DNA from: a virus | Taxonomy: Duplodnaviria > Caudoviricetes | Direction: 5' to 3' (one strand) | IMG/VR virus record: IMGVR_UViG_3300025018_000223 | Span: 1 to 45,145 of that record | Length of the DNA: 45,145 nucleotides | Shown: positions 1 to 8,930 of the stretch, one piece after another | Layout of the letters: the number at the start of each line of letters is the position of its first letter | Numbering within the stretch: the first letter of the stretch is position 1 | Made by a program: the position numbers and the translations under genes | The notes under the pieces: generated by a model | Database searches by the model: none | What the model was told of the DNA's origin: nothing | The model's input: the letters and a program-made list of their open reading frames with translations, nothing else

Positions 1-122
1 ATCAACTTACGCGGGTTGTCCGCGTTCTCTGGAGATAGCACCCAACTAACAACCGCTGCATCCAGCAATGTGTCCTTCCAGATATTCTCACTAGCCTGCG
101 TAATCTTTGCCGAGTCGGTCAT
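1..122 (-). CDS. Phage hypothetical protein, runs off the window edge (MTDSAKITQASENIWKDTLLDAAVVSW...)
   Basis: ATG at 122 overlaps the TGA of the upstream gene (ATGA coupling); frame is open to position 1. Confidence 0.6.
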   Translation of the reverse strand, partial: MTDSAKITQASENIWKDTLLDAAVVSWVLSPENADNPRKL

Positions 123-415
123 GCTTCACCTCCAGCCTGTGCGAGTGCGGCGCGGACGGCAAGCACCGCGTAGGTTGTAACTACAAACCTTCCGTCCGCG
201 TGCAACACCATGCCGTCCTCAATCAGTCGGCACGCCGCCACTCGCCGCGCGTCGGCGAGTTCGGCGGCCAGATCATCCCGGCGCAGTGCGTTGTGGCAAC
301 TGTTGCACAATGGCCCGACCTCTGCACCCGGCGTCTTAAGATAAATTGAGTCGTCCGATCGTCCGGCTTTGTCAGTTGGTTCACCACATAGGTTGCAGTA
401 TTCGTACTTACTCAT
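119..415 (-). CDS. Small zinc-finger protein (CxxC...CxxC)
   Basis: MSKYEYCNLCGE...PLCNSCH; GGAG RBS before ATG 415, internal to the listed 161-aa ORF. Confidence 0.65.
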   Translation of the reverse strand: MSKYEYCNLCGEPTDKAGRSDDSIYLKTPGAEVGPLCNSCHNALRRDDLAAELADARRVAACRLIEDGMVLHADGRFVVTTYAVLAVRAALAQAGGEA

Positions 416-579
416 TGTTGTTCTCCAATCTCTTGCCTGCCCACCCCCACCGCGTCCCACACCTCTCGAAAATAAACGGAGCCTGCGAATGCACACTCGT
501 CTGGAGTCCACGTCGGTCTGTGTCCACCAGTCAGCCAGCACCAGATGCGCTCTGATAATCTTCCTGTGCAGTAAACCAT
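412..579 (-). CDS. Small hypothetical protein, 55 aa (MVYCTGRLSERIWCWLTGGH...)
   Basis: Translated by hand; GAGG upstream; stop overlaps the next ATG (ATGA). Confidence 0.45.
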   Translation of the reverse strand: MVYCTGRLSERIWCWLTGGHRPTWTPDECAFAGSVYFREVWDAVGVGRQEIGEQQ

Positions 580-588
580 CAGCCTCAC

Positions 589-1200
589 CTAGAACACCCC
601 CCACTGCTCGGCCATCGCGCGGGCGATTCCGGTGAATGTGCGTGACCTGATTCGTCCACGGTCAACATTACCCGGCAGATAATCGAGTGAGTAGCGGCGT
701 TTGCCTGTTGTGCGGTCGATGTGGACCGGCTCTTCAGGATCGACCAATCGAGTCGGTTTGAGTAGCGGCAGGTTTTTCAGCCAAAGGCAAGTTGCTTTTC
801 GTTCACGGTGTCCGAATTGCCAAGGGTGAATAATCTGATCTGGCCTGCGGAACCTCGTACTCATTACTCCCTTGGGATTTTCGATAGCGATGCGGGGAAT
901 GTCTGCGGACGCCAATTCCATAAAGAAGCGTTCTCCGTCCCCACATTGCTCCGCCGTTGCTCGATACCTGCCTCGGGTGGTCAACCGCGTACACGGCGGG
1001 AACGCAATCATCAAGTCCCAGTCGTCGCCGAGGTGCGCCAGCACATCGCCCGTGATGTGCTTCGGGTGTGACCTAGGCAAGATGTCGCATGACCACGCGT
1101 CGTGGCCCAGCGCGATGAACGCATCACGCACCACGCCAGACTCTTCACAAGCGAGCAGGACTCTCATCGCTTTCCGTTCTTCCGTTATTCGTTCACACAT
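589..1200 (-). CDS. Phage-type DNA cytosine-C5 methyltransferase-like protein
   Basis: MRVLLACEESG (motif I-like), FPPC (catalytic PC), IENP (motif VI-like); alternative start at 1167. Confidence 0.8.
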   Translation of the reverse strand: MCERITEERKAMRVLLACEESGVVRDAFIALGHDAWSCDILPRSHPKHITGDVLAHLGDDWDLMIAFPPCTRLTTRGRYRATAEQCGDGERFFMELASADIPRIAIENPKGVMSTRFRRPDQIIHPWQFGHRERKATCLWLKNLPLLKPTRLVDPEEPVHIDRTTGKRRYSLDYLPGNVDRGRIRSRTFTGIARAMAEQWGVF

Positions 1201-1852
1201 TATCGGCCTGCCTTTCGTTGAGGGCGAGGGGATGCCATGCCCAGACGTACATAGTGTCGTCTCCCCACTCTTCTCGGTACACCTCGTCGGCCGGAACCAT
1301 GACGATCAGGCCGAGTTCTTTCAGCGTGTCGAACTCCTCGCCGAATCCCTCGCTGACCGGGAACAGCCGTTCCATCGCCTTCCGCAGCCGGTCGTTCTCG
1401 GCCTCCACCCGGTCCACGTCAGCGATGGGCGCGGCGACCTTCTCGCGGCCGTCAGCAGAAGTAAGGGAACCCCGACCCGTCGGTGGGATGATGTGGGCCA
1501 TGAGGGCTACGGCTTGGCCCCCGTGGGGGGGTCGATCATCAATGAGACAGTCGATGGATTGGGCGTCGAGGAGGATGTTGAGGCTGGCAATGGCATGGCC
1601 AAGGTGGTGAACGCCACTGTCGGAGGCTACCTCCTCTCCATCGTACCACGCGAGGAGGTGACGAAGACACGCCTCGTAGTAGACGGAGGCTTGAACTTTC
1701 TTGTCTCTCCAGTTGTAGGCCCCATACTTCTCGGAGCCATTCCGATGGGCGAGGGCTTGGTGGACAAGAGCGACTGGAGGAATGAGACGGAGAGGCGCCT
1801 TGGTCCTTCCAATGGCGTCCTTTGGGTTAGCGTCATCAGAGATGGGGTTCAT
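1193..1852 (-). CDS. dATP/dGTP diphosphohydrolase domain (DUF5664-type) with a C-terminal extension
   Basis: NPKDAIG..K.PL.LIP, GSEKYGAYNWR, RHLLAWYDGEE...DSGVHHLGHA; ATG 1852 coupled to the upstream TGA. Confidence 0.85.
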   Translation of the reverse strand: MNPISDDANPKDAIGRTKAPLRLIPPVALVHQALAHRNGSEKYGAYNWRDKKVQASVYYEACLRHLLAWYDGEEVASDSGVHHLGHAIASLNILLDAQSIDCLIDDRPPHGGQAVALMAHIIPPTGRGSLTSADGREKVAAPIADVDRVEAENDRLRKAMERLFPVSEGFGEEFDTLKELGLIVMVPADEVYREEWGDDTMYVWAWHPLALNERQADNV

Positions 1853-2148
1853 AGTGGGGTTCCTCTCCGCTGGAGTTCCGCCTTGAAGGCACGGGACCAC
1901 TCCGCGACGGAGTTCCCGTTGATGAACTGCTCGTCCGATATGAACTCGTCGTTGAGTGGGTCGTAAACGCGACGGGTCGGGGCCTGCACAGCCAGCCACC
2001 CAATGCAGTTGCGGATGTGGGATACGGTCATGTCGCGGACTCGGAAGCGTTGGCCCCCGGCGGTGACCCATACCCAGTTCCAGAACCCGTGTGGTATATC
2101 ATACTTCTGAAGAATATCTCGGAGCAGTGGTAGTTGCTTGGTTCTCAT
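1849..2148 (-). CDS. Phage hypothetical protein (WVTAGG...RDMTVSHIRN)
   Basis: GGAG RBS, ATGA coupling at both ends, motif common in small phage proteins. Confidence 0.65.
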   Translation of the reverse strand: MRTKQLPLLRDILQKYDIPHGFWNWVWVTAGGQRFRVRDMTVSHIRNCIGWLAVQAPTRRVYDPLNDEFISDEQFINGNSVAEWSRAFKAELQRRGTPL

Positions 2149-2954
2149 GGCAGGTTCTCCGCAATAGAGGTTGGAGGAGTTAGGATGGTGGGTCGGTCGA
2201 TGGCGATTCGGCCTGTGATGGTCCCCACCATCAAGTCGAGGTGTTCGGTCACGGACTTCAGGTGCGAGGGCGAACGCCGTCGCAGGAGGAACGCGGGGTG
2301 GTAAGTGAACCACACCCGGAGGGGCGGGAACTTGGACGGGTCGGGGGGCTCAAGGATTGGGTCCAGAGGGGGGGCGTCCTTCTTAGGCTTGGGTGGATTG
2401 TAAGGCAGTAGGGTGCGGTACATCCCTTGACTCTTGAACGCATCGGTCATGGATGATACACCGAAGAAGTGGGTGGCTGCCTCAGCGCCACAGCAGAGGA
2501 CGTGGGCTTCGTCGTGGTGGCTAAGGATGTCGTGGATGTCGGCTAGGGAGAAGGGGAGGCAGAGCCGAGCGGCGGTCTTGTTGGGCGGCTTGTTCTGGTT
2601 GGTGTAGCACCGCACCGCATTGACGAGATAGACTGTGCCTAGATCCAGCAGTCGAGGGGTGGTGGACTCCAAGTAGACCCGGCGTAAGAGATGACCAGAC
2701 CGCCCGACGAGAGGGCGATTGTGCAGGTTTTCAATACCGCCGGGGTTGCGGACGGCAACGATGATGGCTCGTTGTGGATTGTGGTCATTGACTCGCTCCG
2801 TAGGGACGCAAACTGCGCCTCTAGGGCCGCAGTCAGCCCATAACGGACAGCGGCGGCAGGTAGGTTGGTTGGGGAACAGAATGGGTAGTGGCTGAGGGGG
2901 CCCCGACCCGTCGCGGTGGAGTGGGGGCACAGGCATCAGGGTTCTCGGTGGCAT
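2145..2954 (-). CDS. Uracil-DNA glycosylase family 4-like protein
   Basis: CRRCPL (Fe-S ligands), NPG..E...RPLVGRSG.LL, NAVRC, TYHPAFLLR; AGGAGG RBS before ATG 2954. Confidence 0.85.
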   Translation of the reverse strand: MPPRTLMPVPPLHRDGSGPPQPLPILFPNQPTCRRCPLWADCGPRGAVCVPTERVNDHNPQRAIIVAVRNPGGIENLHNRPLVGRSGHLLRRVYLESTTPRLLDLGTVYLVNAVRCYTNQNKPPNKTAARLCLPFSLADIHDILSHHDEAHVLCCGAEAATHFFGVSSMTDAFKSQGMYRTLLPYNPPKPKKDAPPLDPILEPPDPSKFPPLRVWFTYHPAFLLRRRSPSHLKSVTEHLDLMVGTITGRIAIDRPTILTPPTSIAENLP

Positions 2955-3087
2955 GGAGAACCTCCTCTCGGATTCGGTAGAGTTCGGTTGCGGTTTCGGG
3001 ACAACCTTCGGTGGCAAGAAGGTCGATGGCGTGATTGAGGATAGTGAGGGGGATGGGGATCAGGAGATCGGGGGGACTCATGGTCAT
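2833..3087 (-). CDS. Hypothetical protein
   Basis: ATG coupled to the upstream stop with a GGAAGGA RBS; 3' end overlaps the UDG gene. Confidence 0.45.
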   Translation of the reverse strand: MTMSPPDLLIPIPLTILNHAIDLLATEGCPETATELYRIREEVLHATENPDACAPTPPRRVGAPSATTHSVPQPTYLPPLSVMG

Positions 3088-3314
3088 TCCTTCCGCTTGA
3101 AGTGTTCGGGGGCGATGATGGCGAGGATCGTTTCGAGGACCGTGAGGCGGTTGCCTTGGTTCTTCTGTTGTTCTTGGAGTCGGTCTATGGTGGTGGTCAA
3201 GCGATCAACCACTCGGGTCATGTGATAGGTGGTGGCTTCGATGCGGGCCACTACATAGAACGCACCACCTGTAAGGGTTACGATGGTGATTACTTGGACG
3301 ACCCAGTCGGGCAC
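3084..3314 (-). CDS. Small membrane protein, holin-like (N-terminal TM plus coiled coil)
   Basis: Hydrophobic WVVQVITIVTLTGGAFYVVA followed by a heptad-like stretch ending RLTVLE; GAGGAG RBS, GTG start. Confidence 0.55.
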   Translation of the reverse strand: MPDWVVQVITIVTLTGGAFYVVARIEATTYHMTRVVDRLTTTIDRLQEQQKNQGNRLTVLETILAIIAPEHFKRKE

Positions 3315-3331
3315 GGGGGACTCCTCAAAGC

Positions 3332-3366
3332 GGTGGATATTTCTGCCGCCGGTTGATATTTCTGCC
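3332..3366. repeat. Tandem pair of GGT(G/T)GATATTTCTGCC
   Basis: Copies at 3332-3347 and 3351-3366; the second is identical to 13048-13063. Confidence 0.85.
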
Positions 3367-3368
3367 GG

Positions 3369-3938
3369 TCAAGGTTCTTTGTGGAACTGGGTGTGGGCAC
3401 GTTCTTCATCGAGAGCGAGTTGGATGTATTCCTGCTTGATGGCGGGGTCAGTAGTAACCATAGCCTTCGTGCGATAGGCATGGGTGCGGGTGGCGAATGC
3501 CTTATCAGCCCAGTCTACCCATGAGGATACCATGAGGCTATGCCGCTTGAGTAGCCAGAAGACAACCCCCAGCATACCCAACCCGACGGCGAGGAGTATG
3601 AGTTTCACACCCATCGGGATGGAGGAGAACCACGAGGTCTCGGAGGTCATGGCTAGGTTGGCGTCTTGGGCGGTGCCCGTCTGTGCTCGGGTGGTCTGTT
3701 GGGATTGGACAGGTTGAGTGATGGTGATAGTGCCCGGAGAGTCCCCCGACCCGTCAGAGGGTAGGGTGATAACCATGTCGGGGGGGTTGACCGTGGCTTC
3801 CCGAACCACGTCGGTGGTCGTCTCGGACTGGTTGGTTTCGAGTTGGCGTTTCTGGGTGGAGCCACCCGTCTCTGTGGGGATGAGGGACTGGCACCCCATG
3901 AGGAAGATTGTGGCGAGGATGGTAAGTGGGTATCTCAT
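3369..3938 (-). CDS. Lipoprotein with a C-proximal TM helix (unimolecular spanin-like)
   Basis: Signal peptide ending in lipobox LMGC; S/T/Q/P-rich linker; TM VKLILLAVGLGMLGVVFWLL followed by KRH. Confidence 0.6.
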   Translation of the reverse strand: MRYPLTILATIFLMGCQSLIPTETGGSTQKRQLETNQSETTTDVVREATVNPPDMVITLPSDGSGDSPGTITITQPVQSQQTTRAQTGTAQDANLAMTSETSWFSSIPMGVKLILLAVGLGMLGVVFWLLKRHSLMVSSWVDWADKAFATRTHAYRTKAMVTTDPAIKQEYIQLALDEERAHTQFHKEP

Positions 3939-3991
3939 GGGTAATTATAGCCTTGAGTTGGGGTAGCAGGCTGGCCAGACTTTGGGATTGG

Positions 3992-4783
3992 TCATGGGGT
4001 TTCTCCATACATGCGGAAGAGGTGGAGGTGGGCGTCCCACCGCCGGGGGCCACCGGGACGACCACGGGGGTCGATCTCTACGGTGAGGCAGGCTTGCCCC
4101 CAGAGGCTGGTGTCTTTACGGGCCATGTAGTCAGGCTTCATGTGGCGGAGGCAGCCTACGTTGGCATACCAGTAGGGGAGAGGGGTCCGCTTGGTGCGAA
4201 GGGCTTGGGTTACCGAGAGGGGTCGATGGGTATGGGCACTGATGAAGAGACCGCTGGGGTTCCCCAACTTGATGGACTGGGTTTCGTCGGAGGATAGACC
4301 ACACTCGAACCCGTGGGCAAAAGTTACCTGCCCCACACGGAAGACCCCCCGTTTGCGGCAGTATAGGTACTCGCAAGGAACTCTCCAATGGGTGGGGAGT
4401 TCACGGTTGACGACCTCTCCACCGGGAAGTGTATGGGGGGTCCGCCATGTGGTCAGGGTGCGTAGAAGTTTAGGAACCCGGTCGATGGCTTCTAGGTTAG
4501 CGTCATGGTTGCCGGGGAGAAAGACTAGGGAACATCCCCTAGGGGCTGTCTTGCGGATGGCCCCTAGGATGCGGTCGCTGATGCGGAACTCCTCCTCAAG
4601 GGTTACGGTGGATTCCTTGGCATCAGCCCACTTGGACGCAGCGATGGCTTCCATCTGGTCTCCAAGATGTACGATTGTGTGCGGTCGGTATTCCTTGATG
4701 CGGGCTAAGAGCCACTCGATGGCGGCGGGGTCGTGGTGCTGGGCATGAACACAACCGAACGTAAGAACACGGGTGGTTGGCAT
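3992..4783 (-). CDS. Calcineurin-like metallophosphoesterase
   Basis: GCVH (DxH variant), LGD, GNHD, AHG, AHTH motifs; AGGAG RBS. Confidence 0.85.
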   Translation of the reverse strand: MPTTRVLTFGCVHAQHHDPAAIEWLLARIKEYRPHTIVHLGDQMEAIAASKWADAKESTVTLEEEFRISDRILGAIRKTAPRGCSLVFLPGNHDANLEAIDRVPKLLRTLTTWRTPHTLPGGEVVNRELPTHWRVPCEYLYCRKRGVFRVGQVTFAHGFECGLSSDETQSIKLGNPSGLFISAHTHRPLSVTQALRTKRTPLPYWYANVGCLRHMKPDYMARKDTSLWGQACLTVEIDPRGRPGGPRRWDAHLHLFRMYGETP

Positions 4784-4851
4784 GGGATTCTCCTACTGGA
4801 AGTATAGGAGGGGAAGTTCCTTATAGCATCAACCACCCGTGGATTTAGGGG

Positions 4852-5130
4852 TTAGCCCCTTGCGGGAGAATCGTTGGTCTGGCTGACGGGTCGGGGAATC
4901 CAACGGCAAAGGGCACCAGCGGTGGCGATGTAGCCTCCCTCGCTGGGCTTGGGAACTCCCTTCAGGTAGGTTCTTACCTCGGTGTTTTGGGGGAAGATAC
5001 CCCCGTGGATTTCGAGGCAGGTGGCGGGACTCCCATCGAAGTATTGGGTCCGCCCCGTAATTTTGAGGAAGGGGATACCTGCCTCCTTTAGACGACGCAT
5101 GAGGTCTTTCTTGGCTTCATTCAGGGTCAT
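4852..5130 (-). CDS. Hypothetical protein (MTLNEAKKDL...)
   Basis: AAGGAG RBS before ATG 5130. Confidence 0.65.
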   Translation of the reverse strand: MTLNEAKKDLMRRLKEAGIPFLKITGRTQYFDGSPATCLEIHGGIFPQNTEVRTYLKGVPKPSEGGYIATAGALCRWIPRPVSQTNDSPARG

Positions 5131-5228
5131 GGGTACTCCTTCGGACGGGTCGGGGAAAACCCACCCACGCCTCCCCAACCCAACGAGGGAAGGGGAGGGT
5201 ATGGGGTGGGTGCGAGAAGAGACTGGGG

Positions 5229-6308
5229 TTAGGGTGCGGGGTAGGGTGCGGGGGGGAGAGTTTCGAGGGTGGTGCGGGATGCGATCACATGGCACCACGG
5301 GAGCAGCGACTCAACTCGGGAGCGACGCCACTCTTGCTTCACGTCATCGGAGGCGTAGGCCATATCGGGGGGTACGTCCGTAACGAGGACGTAGGGTCGG
5401 AGATGCTTGCCCGAGGCTCGGAGTAGGAGGGCAAGGCTGGGAAGATCGAGAGCCTTCCCTGAGATCAGGGTATCCTGCCCGTTCATGATGGCATTGATGT
5501 TCCCCCCCAGTTGGCGGAGCAGGCCCGGTGCTTGTTCTTCCGAGTAGGGGTGGAGTTCTGTGGGTTGGAGGTCACGAGCCATGAGAACGGGGGCGGCAAG
5601 CCCCCGGAGATAGAGTTCGATGGAGGTCTTGTTGCTGTAGAGGGTGCGTCCCTCCATGAGCATGGGGTGGTGTGTCTGTTGGTGGGTTATCCGTGCGAGT
5701 TCGTGGAGGTGGAAATCATCACCTAGAGAGACATGCCACCCTTGGCCCATATGGTCGAAGGACCACTGGAAGTCTTGGACGGGACCGAGGCACTCCCTCA
5801 GGTACTGTGTGGTGGGTGCAGCGGGGAAGTCCTCCATGTAAAGGAGATAGTCCAAGTTCTCGGCGGGGCATCCAAGGTAAGCCACCGGCCTCACGTCGGC
5901 GGTACCCACGGTTCCCCGAAGTTCTGTACGGAAGGTTTCTGCATAACTTGACGTAACCTTGTCGCCCGTTACGTCAGCCAAGCACAGCCTCATCTGGTCG
6001 AAGTCATAGAACTGACCTAAATCCACCCCCCCGGGGTTATGGAGCCACGAGGTGCTGGGGTATCCCTTGGAGTGGCAGAAGGCGAAATCGGAGTCCATGC
6101 TAAGGGCGAGAACGCGGAGACCCACGTTCTTGCCGTCGGACATTCGGAGGTACTGGGGATTGATGAAGCGAGTGTCTAACTCGTCGGGGTGCCCGGTGCG
6201 GGTAGCGATGAGGTTGTAGGGGTAGATTCGCCCCGGTTCCAAGGAGCCGAGGGGGGTTATGGATGGGTCTTCCCGCACTGGGTTCATTTCTCTGGTGATC
6301 GTTCTCAT
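5229..6308 (-). CDS. Hypothetical protein, 359 aa
   Basis: Long ORF, AAGGAG RBS, ATGA coupling. Confidence 0.75.
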   Translation of the reverse strand: MRTITREMNPVREDPSITPLGSLEPGRIYPYNLIATRTGHPDELDTRFINPQYLRMSDGKNVGLRVLALSMDSDFAFCHSKGYPSTSWLHNPGGVDLGQFYDFDQMRLCLADVTGDKVTSSYAETFRTELRGTVGTADVRPVAYLGCPAENLDYLLYMEDFPAAPTTQYLRECLGPVQDFQWSFDHMGQGWHVSLGDDFHLHELARITHQQTHHPMLMEGRTLYSNKTSIELYLRGLAAPVLMARDLQPTELHPYSEEQAPGLLRQLGGNINAIMNGQDTLISGKALDLPSLALLLRASGKHLRPYVLVTDVPPDMAYASDDVKQEWRRSRVESLLPWCHVIASRTTLETLPPAPYPAP

Positions 6309-6646
6309 TTAGGGTTCTCCTTCGGGGGGGTATTCTCGGAATAATGATGGTCCAACAACTTGGCCATGAGGGCCGTCTGGAGTTTGGAGTAGTCTAGGAG
6401 GAAGCCCGAGAGGCGTTCTTGGCGATCGCTCAGCGTACCGATCTCCCACATCAGGGTGCAGTAGAAGACCCCGGCCCATAGTAGGGTGGACAGCCACATG
6501 TTGAGAGGTGTGGGGTGAGACCCACAGGAGAGGGTCAGCCCGATAGCCAGTAGGAGCAGGACGTAGAAAACAATACGGCAGAGCCACAGTGTTGGATGGA
6601 AGGTGTCATACCACCGCGTGCAGGTGTTCGAGTTCCTCTTGGTCAT
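6305..6646 (-). CDS. Two-TM membrane protein
   Basis: Two hydrophobic segments; overlaps the end of the E1 gene; GGAG upstream. Confidence 0.65.
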   Translation of the reverse strand: MTKRNSNTCTRWYDTFHPTLWLCRIVFYVLLLLAIGLTLSCGSHPTPLNMWLSTLLWAGVFYCTLMWEIGTLSDRQERLSGFLLDYSKLQTALMAKLLDHHYSENTPPKENPK

Positions 6647-7466
6647 CGGTCTCTTCTCCTTCGGGGAGGGGGTTGGGTTGGAGGGTCATACACAGGAGGT
6701 CATAGACCCAATCACAGTCATCGGCAGTGATCTCGATGGGGGGAGTGGCGTCGAGGTAGCGATCCACGAGGGTCCAGCGGGAGATGGCGATGGATGCGGC
6801 AAGGGTGCTGCTGAAGAGGGTGGCTTGGTAGCCACAAGGGAGGGTAAGCCCTTCACTGTCGGGGAACCAGCGGCGCTCGTAGAACTCAAGGCGGTCCAGA
6901 GACTGGCCGGAGACGGCTCCGTCGGGGGTGCGGACGAATGGAGGGACCATCACGATGCGCCCCGTTTCGGCGGCTACTCGGCAGTCGATAAGGGTGCAGG
7001 AGGGCCATGCGTTGAGGATCGCCTTTGCACACTCCAATCGGGTACTCATGGCGTCTACACAGAGGAAGGCCACTGTGGGGTCGGGCACTAGATTGGACTC
7101 AGTAATCCTGTGGGTGGGGGTCTCAGGGGTGAAGGGCTGGGCAAAGACTCGGAGGTCTATGAGGGGGTTGAGGTCTTCAAGCGCCGGAACAAGGACATTG
7201 ATCTTGAGTTCCCCTATGCAACTCTCGTAGTTGTTCCCTACGCACCAACGCTCGGGGTATCCTTGGGAGCCGAGGTTGGTGGACGCCACGGTGTCGGGGT
7301 CGAAGATGGTGAGGTACTCAACCCCCATGCTGGCCAGTTGGAGGGCTAAGGGCCGGCCTACGCTTCCTACGCCAATAACTAGGGCGTGAGTTCGCGTTAG
7401 AGTTTTTTCTGAGAGCACCTTGGAGTAGCGTGCTATACGAGATTCGAGGGTCGTAGGTGTATGCAA
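6606..7466 (-). CDS. ThiF/MoeB/E1-family adenylyltransferase (E1-like activating enzyme)
   Basis: RIARYS, VIGVGSVG (GxGxxG), DPDTVASTNLGSQ, LCVD, IDCR, candidate catalytic Cys in LPCG; AAAGGAG RBS plus TTG at 7466 in frame. Confidence 0.92.
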   Translation of the reverse strand: MHTPTTLESRIARYSKVLSEKTLTRTHALVIGVGSVGRPLALQLASMGVEYLTIFDPDTVASTNLGSQGYPERWCVGNNYESCIGELKINVLVPALEDLNPLIDLRVFAQPFTPETPTHRITESNLVPDPTVAFLCVDAMSTRLECAKAILNAWPSCTLIDCRVAAETGRIVMVPPFVRTPDGAVSGQSLDRLEFYERRWFPDSEGLTLPCGYQATLFSSTLAASIAISRWTLVDRYLDATPPIEITADDCDWVYDLLCMTLQPNPLPEGEETDDQEELEHLHAVV

Positions 7467-7698
7467 GAGCGGTCTCCTTTCGGGTTGGGGGTTGGATGAC
7501 CACGAATTGTAGGTGGTCGGGGATGGGTGATGTTGGATGGAGTAGATGCTGGGTGTAGTCAAAGACGGTGCATGAGTAGACAACGACGGGTCGGGGCACT
7601 TTGAGGGTGTAGATAAGTTGGAGGGGAGTGCCACCAGACCAATCCATCCAACAACTGAGGGTGGGATCGTCTTGGCGAATAATCATTAGAGGGGGCAA
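7318..7698 (-). CDS. Hypothetical protein between JAB and E1
   Basis: AGGAGG RBS plus TTG at 7698; 3' 149 nt overlap the E1 gene in another frame. Confidence 0.5.
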   Translation of the reverse strand: MPPLMIIRQDDPTLSCWMDWSGGTPLQLIYTLKVPRPVVVYSCTVFDYTQHLLHPTSPIPDHLQFVVIQPPTRKETALAYTYDPRISYSTLLQGALRKNSNANSRPSYWRRKRRPALSPPTGQHGG

Positions 7699-7720
7699 GC
7701 GAACCTCCTAGGGTAGAGAG

Positions 7721-8920
7721 TTAGGCTTGGTCCCGGGTATTCGCGGGTACCACGAGGGTGCTGGTCTGGACTCGTTTACGACTCTTCTTCCTTGCCTTGC
7801 AGGAGCGGTCGCCAAGGTGGTTCAGTGTTGCGTCCGGGTAGAAGACACCCTCCTCGAACTTAGGGCCTAGCCAACGGGGATCGCTCATAGGGGTCCATGT
7901 TTTCTCCTGCCCGTGGTACTGGACGTAGAGACTGAAGTCCCGTAGAACGCCCTGAGCGTCTCGGTAGGTGTGTCGAAGGTGGTAGACGCCCGGTTCCCCG
8001 CTGGGCCGAGTATACCAGAGTCTGTAGACTGCGAGATGCTCCCCTTTCCCTTGGGGGTGTCGGAGGCAGATGAAGAAGGAGTTGTCTTTGAGGAAGAGGG
8101 GTGTGGGGAGTGGAATGTGAGGGATGTGGCGTCTCAGAAAATCTGAGAGTCTCTGGGAGTATCCCTCGATGGTGTGACTCACGGATCGTGTCTCCATGAA
8201 GAGAGGGATAGGGGCAGACCGAGCCTCCTCACCCGGTTCTCCCCTCCAGTAGTAGGTGGCGATGGGGGCATCTCCCTCGGAGGTTGAGTTCTGGTTATGG
8301 TTAGAGGGGAGAGCAAAAGTATCCGAGTCGTCAAGGTCGAGGAGGTCGCCACTCCATGAGGAGGGGACGAACCCGCGCCGGGTGTTCTGGGGGGCAGGTT
8401 CACTGATGTTCGCAAGGGCCTCAGCCCGCCATGCTTCGTTGGGAAGAGGAGCCGCCTCTATACAGGCCCATAGGGAGGGGGCTTGGAACTCGCAGTCAAT
8501 CTCTTGCCGGATTCCGAGACTATGCCGGAGGCTCAGGGTGAAGGAGGTCTCCCCTTCCCCATTGATGATGCCCATAAGGGCGTAGGAGAGGTGGCCGTAG
8601 AACTTCTCAAAGTCGGCGCGGTCAGTGCCACTAGGCGAAACTCCCATGTTTCGGGGATGGGTGTGCAGGAAGATGGTGGAGAATTGGGAGGGGGCTAAGC
8701 CCGCTTGGAGGGAGTCGATAAGGAAGTCCCGGTGGGACTCCGCGTTCACTTCGACGGAGGCGGCAGTGGCAATCTGCTTAGGCATGAATAACCGCTCGAT
8801 GTGGAGCGGCTTGTCCGGGGGGGTGATCCCCATGAAGAAAACTTCGGTGCTTAGGCGGAGAGCGTAGTGCCGCCACTGGAGGTAGACGAGTGGTTCGATG
8901 GTTACACGGGGTGGTTTCAT
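7721..8920 (-). CDS. JAB/MPN+ metallo-isopeptidase with a long C-terminal extension
   Basis: Catalytic Glu (STEVFF) and HTHP.....SPSGTD (HxH...S..D); TAAGGAG RBS before ATG 8920. Confidence 0.9.
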   Translation of the reverse strand: MKPPRVTIEPLVYLQWRHYALRLSTEVFFMGITPPDKPLHIERLFMPKQIATAASVEVNAESHRDFLIDSLQAGLAPSQFSTIFLHTHPRNMGVSPSGTDRADFEKFYGHLSYALMGIINGEGETSFTLSLRHSLGIRQEIDCEFQAPSLWACIEAAPLPNEAWRAEALANISEPAPQNTRRGFVPSSWSGDLLDLDDSDTFALPSNHNQNSTSEGDAPIATYYWRGEPGEEARSAPIPLFMETRSVSHTIEGYSQRLSDFLRRHIPHIPLPTPLFLKDNSFFICLRHPQGKGEHLAVYRLWYTRPSGEPGVYHLRHTYRDAQGVLRDFSLYVQYHGQEKTWTPMSDPRWLGPKFEEGVFYPDATLNHLGDRSCKARKKSRKRVQTSTLVVPANTRDQA

Positions 8921-8930
8921 GTGAGTCTCC

